Positions 52,840 through 64,000 of a DNA stretch of 64,000 nucleotides are shown piece by piece (within the stretch, counting starts at the first letter, position 1; each line of letters begins with the position of its first letter). Position numbers and translations under genes: made by a program. This DNA is from the human T2T-CHM13v2.0 reference genome, Homo sapiens. The notes below the pieces were generated by a model. That model made no database searches. It saw only the letters and a list, made by a program, of their open reading frames with translations, and was not told the origin of the DNA. The stretch lies in NCBI RefSeq assembly GCF_009914755.1, contig NC_060928.1; one strand, 5' to 3'.

Positions 52840-53607
52840 TTTTTTGCAGCTCAAAGTGATCATATGACATAGTTCTAGCCAATGAGAGACAGAAATCCCT
52901 AGTGAAAGCAACATTTCCCAAGTAAAAAGACAAGGTCTCATTGGTAAAACTGGACAGACTTCAACTTTCTTGCGCACACTTGGAACACAGAGGGGAGGTG
53001 TGGAAGTGCTGCCACCATTCTGTGACTATAAAGCAAGAGGCATGGAAATAATGGCCTGAGTGTTAAAGATGGCGGAGTGGGTCACAATGGCATTGCTGAG
53101 CGACCACACATGTTTTGCACTGGCTACTCATCTCTGAATATTTTTGTGAGACAAGCAATATGGTTTGGTTCTGTGTCCCCAACCAAATCTCATCTCGACT
53201 TGTAACCCCCTGTGACATGGGAGGGGCCTGGTGGGAGGTGATTGAATCATGGGGACGGACTTCCCCCTTGATGTTCTTGTGATAGTGAATTCTCATGAGA
53301 TCTGGTTGTTTGAAAGTGTGTGGTACCTCCCCCCTTCGCTCGCTCTCCCTTGCTCTGCCATGACAAGATGTACTTGCTTCCCCTTTGCCTTCCGCCATGA
53401 TTGTAAGTTTCCTAAGGCCTCCTAGCCATGCTTCCTGTACAGCTTGCAGAACTGTACAGTCAGTTAAACCTCTTTTCTTCATAAATTACCCAGTCTCAGG
53501 CAGTTCTTTATAACAGTGTGAGAACGAACTAATACAAGTAAATCCTAATGTTGGATCTACTGTCATAGAGTTTTCTGTTATTTATAACTGAATATATTCT
53601 TAACAGA
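52840..53607 (+). mobile_element. old MaLR LTR (MLT1I/J-like) split by an MST LTR
   Basis: GATCATATGACATAGTTCTAGCCAATGAGA...GCCACCATTCTGTGACTAT...GTTTTCTGTTATTTATAACTGAA. Confidence 0.7.
53156..53536 (+). mobile_element. MSTA-like solo LTR
   Basis: ATATGGTTTGGTTCTGTGTCCCC...GGGGCCTGGTGGGAGGTGATTG...TTCCTGTACAGC...CTAATACA. Confidence 0.92.
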
Positions 53608-53986
53608 TTGTTTGAGCTCAGGCTGCTATAACAAAATACCAGATTGGGTGGCTTAAACAACAGAAACGTATTTCTCACATTTCTGCAGTCTAGAAGTCCA
53701 AGATCAAGGTACCAGCATATTCTGTTCCTGGTGAGGGCTCTCTTCCTGGCTTGAAGACAGCTGCTTACTCACTGTATGCTCATATGGCCTTTCCTCAGTG
53801 TGGGCTTGTGGAGAAAGAGCTCTCCCCCTTTCCTCTTCTTCTTAGGTCACTAATCCCATCATGAAGATCCCATCCTAATGACCTCATCTAAACCTAATTC
53901 CCTCCAAAAAGCACCATCTCCTAATAACATCACAGTGGGAACAACATAGGGATTTGGGGAAATACAAACTTTCAGCCGATGATGCA
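53608..53986 (-). mobile_element. MLT1A-like solo LTR
   Basis: CAGGCTGCTATAACAAAATACC...GGGTGGCTTAAACAACAGAAA...GAAGTCCAAGATCAAGG. Confidence 0.9.
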
Positions 53987-55816
53987 GATACATCTACAAA
54001 TCAACATATAAGTTTTATGAGTTTACCAATATTCCCCTAACTTCCCTGTGTTTTTACTTAACATATGCAAAGCTATCTAATCCGTCCTAATATGCAGAGC
54101 AAACACATTGGTAAAGCTATTCTTGGGGCCAAGAATCAAAGGTTAGCATTTGACACATTTGAAAATTTTGTAAAATTTCTCTTACTAGGCTAGGCCCACT
54201 TAAAGAGATAGAAAACAGTTTGATAAAAAGCTTCATTTAATTATTGAATTTATAATATTTAACTTTTTATACTTGTTGGATTCAGATTGTGAATAATCAA
54301 AAAATATATTTAGCAACTTCAGAGATGTTATCAGTTTTAAAAGGACACACATGACATAGACACTTAAATGTACCACATTCATTTTAGTGTCCAGACTATT
54401 TCTAGCTCCACTTGTTCCTAAAGACATAGACTCATCTGAGGAATCATGAGGAGGAATAGCACAGGTTGTGAATAGTCATAAAATCATCAGTCTGCAGCTG
54501 ACCTTTAGGAACTCACCTAACAACTGTGAATTAATGTACATTTTTAAAAGAATCCATTGGGTTAATACACTTTAAAAAGAAATTCAGCCACAAAAATACA
54601 AGATGTCTTTGTGTTAATTCAGCAGAAAAGTATCTGGGTATCATTGAAAGAGAGCCATTAGCTGCATATGGGACACATAAATGTATGCATAATAGTGATT
54701 CATAATTGCAATTATAAGTCATAATTATGTCTTGCATTATTATGTGTTTTTATTCTGTTGCATGAGTACTTCCATTAAGTAATCAAAGCAAAGAAACCAG
54801 TGAGAACATTTTAAAACATTTCACTGGGCGCCTGAATTTTTTTCATTCATAACAGTTATGAGGAGCACTAAAGATGGAATACATTTTAAAATTTCCCCTT
54901 CGTATCCACAAATCACTCAGCATTATATAAGAATCCTCTAGGTTTGAAACCTATGGCTTTATGTCCCACAGAAGGTTATTTTTTTTTCCCTTAGTCAGTA
55001 AGCTAATCCCTTTCTGCTGCACCAGCTGGAGTCCTGGTGGGGATTAGAACACAGTGTAAGGTAATGCTTGGTTGGTGAATGGGGAATAGGTCTAGCTTCA
55101 GTGTCAGAAATTATGTCCAGGCAGAGAGATGGCTGTTTTGAGATGAACAACACTTAGATATCTTTTCTCTTTTTTTTTTTTGAAAAAAAAAAAACAATTT
55201 TTATCATAACATGTTTGGGAAGTGGTTAAATCGAAATATGCCATATATAAGTGTCCCAAGTCCCACCCCCTTACAGCCAATAAACAATGCAATGCTTTGG
55301 ATAATACCAGTGAGCCACTGGGGTTTATAGTCAGAGTTAAGTGACCTGAGAATTCATGTCCTCCCCTGTGTAGATTCCTACACCTGTCTTTTGCCCCAGC
55401 ACCAGCTCTGAAGCATTACAGAGTTTGTGTAGATTTCCTGTTGATGTCTGAAGGCTATCCTTGGAATCTAGATCAAATCAGGTCTTCTACGATTACTCTG
55501 GATGTATGTAGAGCTCAGTGCCAAAAGGAATAAAAACTTTGGGAACCCTTAGGACAGGTAAATAAGCCAGCTCTCAGTAGACATCATAAGATGATTAAAA
55601 ATGCCTGGCCTCATCCTTTTCCCAAGTTACCTCTCTCCTGTAACCTCTCTCACTCTCACACATATCCCTGAGGGGCCAGAAATAATGTAGGCTCTAAAAA
55701 GACCTCTCCAATAGGATTTCAGGATTAAATAGTGGCTTACTTTGCTTATCTAGACTATAGTCTCTCCCATATAAGTGGTTTAAGGTTGTTCACATAGAAA
55801 TTAATAATCTGAGCTG

Positions 55817-55935
55817 AAAAAAAAGGGAAGGAAAGGGTGGAGGAGACAGGAGAGAAGAGGGGAGAGAAAAACAAGGAAGGAAAGAAAGACGGAAAGAAAG
55901 GCAGGAAGGGAATGGGAGGAAAGGAAAGGAGGGGG
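55817..55935. repeat. GA-rich low-complexity tract
   Basis: nearly all purine, GGAA/GAGA-type run. Confidence 0.85.
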
Positions 55936-56371
55936 GCACAGCCAACTATTCAACTCCAAGTGACTTGCTGCATTTCATGATAGAAGGTTTCAATTTTGCT
56001 GACTTATTTCTTGTTGAGAAGACATGTTTATTAATCCTGCAGTTTACATATGCCATGAGTCTTTGAGTCTCTACTTTTTATTTAAGAACACTTTGGCATG
56101 GATCACCCTGGATTTCTGTCTTATAGTCATAGATCTCATTCTAAGGCTTAGCTTTGAGGTAAAGGAGCTGTTGCAGCCCTATTCATCACTTATAAATTTG
56201 AAACCTGTGGGCTCTTCCTGACTTTCGCCCTGAGAAGTTTATCACTTCGAACCCTCAAAATTGTGACCTCCTTCACTTACATTTTGCCTGATTGTTCTCG
56301 GAGCTTTATCAGATAGCAAAATGCCAAATAATGTGCTCTACCTTTCTAGAAAATACCAGTAAATGGCATGA

Positions 56372-57172
56372 CTGGTGGCCAATAAATATATGAAAAAATG
56401 CTCAACATCACTAATCATCAGAGAAATGCAAATCAAAACCACAATGAGATACCATATCACACCAGTCATAATGGCTATTAAAAAGTCCAAAATAACAGAT
56501 GTTAGTGAGGTTGCGGAGAATGCTTATATCCTGCTAGGGGGGTTGCAAATCAGATCAGCCTCTGGGAAAAACAGTCTGAATATTTCTCAAAGAACTAAAA
56601 ATAGAATTACTATTTGACTCAGCAATCCCATTACTGCATATATGCCCAAAGGAAAATAAATCATTCTACCAAAAAGATACCTGCTCTCACATTTTATTGC
56701 AGCACTATCACAGTAGCAAAGACGTGGAATCAACCCAGGTGCCCATCCACGGTGGATTGGATAAAGAAAATGTGGTACCTATGCACGACGGAATACTACG
56801 CAGCTGTAAAAATAGAATGAAATCCTGTCCCCTGTTTTTTGCAGCAACATGGATGCAGCAGAAGGCCATTATCCTAAGCAAATTAATGCAGAAACGGAAA
56901 ACCAAATACCACATGTTCTTTATTGTAAGTGGGAGCTAAACACTGGGTACGCGCAGACATAAAGATGGGAACAATAGACACTGTGGACCCCACAACAGGA
57001 GAAGCAGGGAGGGAGGCATGGGTTGGAAAACTATAATACCTATTGGGTACTGTGTTCAGTATTTGGATGATGAGTTCAATTGAAGCTCAAACCCCAGCAT
57101 CATGCAATACATCCATGTAACAAACCTGCACATGTACCCCCTGAATCTAAAATTTAAAAAAAAGAAAAAAGG
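56372..57172 (+). mobile_element. 5'-truncated L1PB3/4-like LINE
   Basis: [27 protein letters not shown], 3'UTR, poly-A; TSD AAATGGCATGA at 56361-56371 and 57173-57183. Confidence 0.92.
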
Positions 57173-58084
57173 AAATGGCATGATCTACAAAATACAACCT
57201 GACCTCTATAACTGTTTATTACATGGTCACATTGAAACTTCATTACAAGTAAGAAATATATTTTAAAGTATTCTATGTTTCTAAAAGAACTGAAGTTGTG
57301 CAACTGAGAGTAAACACAAAGATGTGAAATGCATTTTTCTACGTATATGTTTATTTCAATAAAAAGATTTTAAAGAAATATATGAAATAGAGTAAGCTGT
57401 GGCTATTTGAGTTCATTTCTGTTAAAAATATTATCCTTGTCTATTCAAATCTTTCCTAATTAAATCAAGTTCTATGAGTTCACATACCCCAGGTGTATAG
57501 TTTAAAAGTATTTTCTTCACCTGCAATGAGGATGACCATTATGGGGAAGTACTGGGGTTACAATTTGTATTCTGTTCTTGTAAAATCCATTGCACTGAAA
57601 ACTCTAGAGAATCAAATCTATAATTTATTCTCATAACAGGTAGCACCTGCTAAATGGAAGCACCACAGTTCCCATTCATGGCTCCTTCCTGGATTTTGCC
57701 ACAGACAAGGACCTAGGGAACTAAGGAATCTTGATTTGTAGCATATAAACATATGATTTAATCATAATAAAGAAAGGAACTTTCACCTACATGTAAAAGT
57801 CAGAAATGGTTATAGGGTTTCCCAGAGACATTTTCCATGAAGCTATATATTCATGAGTCCCAAAGCATTGATTCAACTATCAATCCTATGCCTTATTTCC
57901 TCTTCACTCTTTCCTAAAGGGCATGTGTGTGTTTGTGCCTGAATACGTCTGTTGATATTTATTTATATGCAGGCGAAAGAGAATTGCTGAAAAAATGCAT
58001 TTGAAATGTGTATTTAAGCAATCATTAACCAGCAGTTACTCAATCATACAAGGTTAATCTATCCATGGACTAGGCAATATTTCT

Positions 58085-58205
58085 CAGAGCATATTCCACC
58101 CCTCCCCAGATCTACTAAGTGAGAATATCTGCCATTGAAGTCTGGGCATCTGTATTTAAAAACAAGTTCCCAAAGTGATTCTTATCCATGCTACAGTTTA
58201 ATGAA
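58085..58205. mobile_element. MER5B-like fragment
   Basis: CCCCAGATCTACTAAGTGAGAAT...GGGCATCTGTATTTAAAAACAAGTTCCCAAAGTGATTCTTAT. Confidence 0.65.
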
Positions 58206-58214
58206 TAGGTTAGG

Positions 58215-58335
58215 TCATTCATTCATTTATTTGTTCATTCAACAAATATTCACTGAGCTCCTGTTAAGAACTGAAGGAAACAAAATTTAACAATACAATT
58301 ACAGTTCCTGTTTTCATGAAACTTCCAATCCAGCA
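58215..58335 (-). mobile_element. L2 3' end
   Basis: CATTCATTCATT...TTCATTCAACAAATATTCACTGAGC. Confidence 0.75.
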
Positions 58336-59623
58336 TTTGCTGAACTGGCTTGCACTGAAATCAGTGCCCTGCAAGACCTTAACAGTTGTTACAAAATGTT
58401 GAGCAGAATTTTCTGCTAACTAGACCCAAACCAGGAACAATCTGCATTCTGAAGAGTAAAGAGAATTGTTGCAACTGGAGACCAGATGCTCACTATCTCT
58501 CAGGCTTAGTAAGTGGCAGCTAAACTACCTCCAATAACTGCCATCATCACACAAGCCTAACCCCATCTTTTAGGCATAAAGAATAAGGAGGGAGATGGAG
58601 GAAGAAAAAAAAAACACATAAGTTCGAGAGTTTGGGGCCTGAAGTGGATAGGACCGTGGCTCTACCTTCTCCTCCCTGTGAAGACAGAAGTAGCTTCCTC
58701 ACTCCAAATATCAAGTAAAGAAAGTGCTAGTAGAGATTCCCTTAGAAATTGGCAGCGACTTTAAGAAGGGGCAATGGATATCTAATTCCGTACTTAAATG
58801 CTTATTCATGCAGTGGACTTGCTAGTCTATCACCTGTGGCTATCTGAGTTGAGTTGAAGAGAATCAGGAAGATAAGGCAAGGTGGCAAGGCTTGACAGTG
58901 AACAACATAGGCTCCCATGGAAGACTGCTGGATTTGAGCCATGGTACCAGTACTGCACCTAAGAGGGCAGCCAGCTAGTGAGGGGTCCCCAGAAGCAAGA
59001 GGACCATGCAGGTGGGAACTGAGAGATGTTGGAAGAGATCAATCCAGGAGATCATCAGGGGATTATGTAGTGATGATTCACTTCCCACAGAATGTAAGCA
59101 AAGGCCCTCTGAGAGAATTGGCATTTGGATGTCGGTCATGCCAAATCACACATAGGGCTCCACAGCTAACTAGTTTTCCAGAAATAGTCATGACATACAA
59201 TAGTATATTAACATGCACTCCCATCTATTTTTTAAAAAGGACATTTACTCTTTCTAACCATTAATGCTTCTTTCCTATCCCAACACAAATAAAAGAGAAC
59301 CCAGAAGAAGGAGGAGAGAAAAGGCAAAGGATCAGGCCAAGTTCCCTCCCTACTGTGAATGCCTGTGCTGGGGAAGAGAACGGCCTACAGTACTACATAG
59401 GAATGGAGACTGAAGCTGTTAACTGGACTGTTTCACTACAATGACCAGAAAGCTGTGAGATCCAGTCATATCATTATGACACCAGTGGGCAGTTGAAGGC
59501 AATAATGGAAAAAAATAAGTATTTCATGTTTATACCACACCAAGTCCAGACCATTAAATAAACCACATATATAGGTATTCTGGGTGGTGGAGTGGGGTCT
59601 TCTCTCATAAAACAAGATTAGGA

Positions 59624-59941
<318 letters not shown>

Positions 59942-59999
59942 CTATAGTCCCTGCCACCACTACCACCATCATATTGAAAACGGCAATGACAATCAGTAT

Positions 60000-60165
60000 A
60001 CTAGGCACTCTGGGAAGTTCTGCAGGAAAGACTATTTAACTATATTCAACCCAGGATTCTTCTACCTTCTTTATCCACTGTGTGTGTATGGGTGTGTGTG
60101 TGTGTGTATATGTGTCCTATTGTATCTTTTGGAATGCTAATGTTCTATGAAGGACAGTTTGGTAA
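60000..60165. mobile_element. MER117-like hAT relic with internal (TG)n
   Basis: GGAAGTTCTGCAG...TATTTAACT...AACCCAG ... TAATGTTCTATGAAGGACAGTTTGG. Confidence 0.5.
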
Positions 60166-60349
60166 ATAAATGCAGGGATAAACACAAACAATAGTTTGTG
60201 TTGTGTAGTATAGGATGCAATATTATGAGGTGATTGATCAAAGAGATTACCTGTTGTATTCTAATCTTAGTATCTTGTTATTATGATTAATATTTATCAT
60301 CATGGTTAATAAAAGTAACTTTGAATGTATTATTACTTATTTTAAAAAA

Positions 60350-60560
60350 TAACTAATCTTTATTGGTACTACATTCCTTCTGGATATCTTCCTAAGCATT
60401 TTACATGCATTATCATATTTAATCTTCCCAAGAATCCTATGAGGTAGATACTATTTATATTCCTAGGTTACAGCTGAAAAAAATGGAAGCCAAGATCACA
60501 TAGCTAGTAGAAAGCCTTAAACTCATGTCTGTCAGATCCAAGCCTTCTATGGACCACTAG
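60350..60560 (-). mobile_element. MIR
   Basis: TTTTACATGCATTATCATATTTAATC...CCTATGAGGTAGATACT...CAAGATCACATAGCTAGTA. Confidence 0.8.
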
Positions 60561-61570
60561 GATATACCGCTGTATATTCATATCTTTCTATGCACTCTTA
60601 TGGGAAATTATTCATACTATGATTCTAATATTACTCACAACCACAGTGAATAATCAGTCATAGCTGTGAAACTTATGGCAATTAAAATGATCCTGACTCT
60701 TCTAACCAGCGTTTTCAGATTAAACAACAATGTAAGGATCTAGGCAGTGAGTGTAGCAATGATTTGAAATCGATATGAACTACAAGAGAAAGGCCAAAGT
60801 AAGGTTGAGCAGCTGTATGCTTTGGAAATGTTAAGGTTCCTCTGGGTGGCATATTATACGAGTCTCTAAGTGTACTGAGCGGGTGGGTGGGTACGGGGAG
60901 AATATTTATCTTCGATATACCCTGAGTATGAGAAAATTGGTTGCAGATGGCTCACAGCTGTAAGGAATACCTTTGTTTCATTTGAAACCTGTTATAAATC
61001 TGTTCCTTAAACTACCTGCTCCAATGACTTTTAATTCAGAGGATGTTGGGTAAGTCCTTGTATATGACCCTCATATATCATCATAAAAGTGGTGGGGTGG
61101 TTTGGGCTGGAAACCCCTGGGAGAGTCCCTAGATTTATCGAAGGGCTGGGTTACCACGGGCACTTTGGGGAGTTTGAGTAAAGGCTTTTATTGATTATTA
61201 ACATTATAAAGAAGAAATCAATTTTTACAAAGAGTGTTTGAAGAAGAAAATCCCCTTTGGCTAAAATTTTTTATGTTATAATTATTCTTTTCCTTTCTGA
61301 GAGCATTTTGAAAAGTAGCAATATTATTCCATAAGTTAAAGAAGTTTGGGCTGCAATGTAAAAGATACAGGTTTTGTGAGTAAGCAGTGAAACTTGCTTT
61401 CCTCTAGAAGGGCAACTAAAGTTGAATCAATGTCCAGGGGTACATTTTTATTGAGGGGTGTGGAATCTGCTCACAGTCAAATGAGTTATTTGATTTCATA
61501 GAGTCCAAATTAACGAATCTTGTCTTTGGAAACTAAAGATATTTTTTGTCTCATACAGCAAGTTTTCATT

Positions 61571-61616
61571 AAATTCCGTAAAGTAACTTAAAAAAAAAAA
61601 TTCTGTAAAGTAACTT
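61571..61616 (+). repeat. 19-bp direct repeat flanking a short poly-A
   Basis: AAATTCCGTAAAGTAACTT + A8 + AAATTCTGTAAAGTAACTT. Confidence 0.85.
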
Positions 61617-62654
61617 TAAAATGTTAGGAGTTGCTATAATTTTTAAATTACTAGTGTTTCCTCTTTTCTTCCTGAAATTTCAAGGGTCTTTTTACCCTAA
61701 CTCTTTGAAAGACTAAAGCTTTGTACGTGGCATATTTTTCTGATTCCTTGAAAGTCCTGAGAAGACCTCAGTCCATGGATGTGTACTCTCTACAGCTGCT
61801 CCCACTCCCTCCATCACAGACACCAGATCAGTCTTCTCAGAGAACTTCCTTTGAAGTCAATGGGCATTGTACCTCCCTGAGAGGTGGGTCAAAATATAGA
61901 TCTGGATCTGTTAAAACCCTACGAACCATTTACAACTTTTCCTATCACACGTAAGCCTTTCAAAGGAAAGGCAAAACTCAGCTGTAATCACCAAGGAGTA
62001 GAGTGAAGGAGGCTACACAAGTAAACCAAGAATACCACGGCTTCCCTAAATCTTCGCATGCACCCTGTGAAGACTTTACCCAACATTCACATGCATCAAA
62101 TTAGTAACAACATTTTAAGGAGAGAGTATCAGAGTTTGGAATAAAATGTAGAAGTTGGGAGCAACAACAAATACCTTCATTTGCAACACAAAGCTTTGCC
62201 AGAAGAAAATAATCTGTATTTATTCCTGACTCCACTGGATGTGTGTTTTATGAAGGAACCTTCAATTTGGTCCCTACAGAAATATCCTCTAAAGACAAAA
62301 AAAATGCTTGGTTTTACCAAATAATTGTTTTTCCTAATAGTTTATATTTTATTTCCATTTTATAGCATGATCTTTCAATTTATGATCAAAATTGGCTACT
62401 TTTGTGATAAAAATGGGTTTCCAGGCATAAAATCTTTTATTATTGTGACATAAGAAATAAGAGTCTTACTTATTATGGCCTAACTTGTAATGACTATATA
62501 GAAACTATTTAGTCATATTTTGGGGAAAGGTATTATCATTCATCAATTCAAGGTATTAATGTATATCTTTATTTTTTCTATTACCATTACTTTTTTTTTA
62601 ATCGGCTACCATGTTGCAGGAAAGATGACCCACCAAAATGTATTAGAACTACAC

Positions 62655-62790
62655 TTTTCAAATTTTAATGTGTCTATAAATTACCTAGGGATCTTATTAA
62701 AATGCAGATTCTGACTCAGTAGGCTTGAGTAGAGCTGAGATTCTGCATTTCTAACAAACACAAAAGATGATGCTGATGTTGCAAGATATT
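62655..62790. mobile_element. MER5A-like hAT element
   Basis: CTTATTAAAATGCAGATTCTGACTCAGTAGG...CTGAGATTCTGCATTTCTAACAA. Confidence 0.85.
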
Positions 62791-62969
62791 AGAATTCCTG
62801 GTACTTGAATTGGGAAGAAAAAAAAAACACAGAAAGGTCCTAAATCAATGAGAAGGTACTGCATAAAACCCTAAGCACTCTGGCATCTAAGTAGCCACCT
62901 AGAAATGTCTTAAAAGAAAATGGATTTGAAAATATAGTTAGAGCCATAATGATAATACACATAGTTAAG

Positions 62970-63190
62970 GAGTGCATAAGAAATTATAACAAAAGAGCAC
63001 CAGATTGGAAGTCAAGATAGCCTGGTTCTAACTTTAACTCTGCCACTAATTATGTGAACGTAGGCAATTCAACTACATGGTCTGAATTTTGGTTTCCTTA
63101 TCTCTCTAATGATGTAGACATGTCCCAGCTAATTATAGCATCAGAAATAACATGATTAGTTTGTTCATGAAAGTATAAAGTGCTATAGTC
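62970..63190 (+). mobile_element. MIR
   Basis: AAAGAGCACCAGATTGGAAGTCAAG...CTCTGCCACTAATTATGTGA. Confidence 0.7.
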
Positions 63191-63204
63191 AAGAAAGACA
63201 AATT

Positions 63205-63600
63205 GCCATTTTCATACGCCGCTATGGGGGATATTTTCTGGAAAGCAGATTAACAATCCCTACCATTTAACAATAATTCACCTTTAAACATTAATCCTAA
63301 AATATAATCAGAAATGCATACAAAGAGGGCATCATAGCTTCATTTGTCATAATAAAAATTAAGAAAAAAAATCTAAATTTCCAAAAATATAGTGAAACTG
63401 TTACATTCATTATGGTTCATCCACATGATAAAATGCTATACTTCCATTACAATTTTTTAAATTTTTTTGTGATAAAACTTTATGTAATAGATATGTGGGG
63501 AAATTCTGGAAAAAATAGAACAGATTGAAATGAGATTTTTGTCTATATTCATTAAATTTTTTAGTGAATATCTAATAAATTTTATCATCATAAATGAGTT
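63205..63600 (+). mobile_element. L1ME relic
   Basis: TTTTCTGGAAAGCA...CCATTTAACAATAATTCCAC...ATGGTTCATCCACATGATAAAAT. Confidence 0.5.
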
Positions 63601-64000
63601 TTCTAAAAAATTAATTCTAACTGGAGAATTTGAAAAACCTTCATAGATGATTTGTCATTTGCTCTAGTCCTTGCAAAGTTGGATGAAATAATTTCTAAGG
63701 TCTTTCTAGCTCCAGAATGCAATTATTCTATAAATAGGACAATTTTCACTAAAAAAGCAAACCAAAGAATTGAAACTACTATCCAGATAATTATTTAAAA
63801 ATTTAGTAGAGTTTTTCTTTGTATTAATTCTTCAGTGAGTGAACAATGTCCTTATGAGGCTTATGTAATACTGTTTTCACTCACTCAACATTCTATATAT
63901 TGATCCTTTGGGATTTAAATTTTACGATCTTGTGTGTTTTCCAGAAGTGTGTCAGTTTTTATCCTTTCTCAATCATGTAATCATTTAAGTGCTGTTTTAC

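Noticed and set aside
55170-55194. T12-G-A12 palindrome
   Set aside because: Simple homopolymer juxtaposition with no flanking TSD seen
58955-58971. CACCTAAGAGGGCAGCC, CTCF-like
   Set aside because: Core spacing and 5' bases deviate from the motif

Overview
Primate (hominid-like) genomic DNA, AT-rich, CpG-depleted, with a large share of interspersed repeats. It reads as intergenic or deep intronic sequence. I see no supportable protein-coding exon, RNA gene or CpG island; the ORF track is almost all Alu, L1 and LTR sequence or chance ORFs. Contents: 7 Alus, many L1s of different ages (including a TSD-bounded full-length antisense L1PA16-like element with nested insertions), MaLR/ERVL solo LTRs, hAT MERs, MIR/L2 and CR1/L3 relics. 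Family names come from recalled consensus sequences, not a RepeatMasker run. I found no new multi-gene system. The notable signals are mechanistic scars and one regulatory motif: (1) two short direct duplications (268 bp, 119 bp) copied 2.4 and 3.2 kb upstream without retrotransposition marks; (2) a TSD-bounded L1 joining its 5'UTR directly to ORF2 just after an AG (spliced or deleted); (3) a probable L1/L1 chimera with two 3' ends; (4) two twin-primed L1s, one young (L1PA2-like); (5) a poly(A)-only insertion with a 19-bp TSD; (6) a near-consensus CTCF site.
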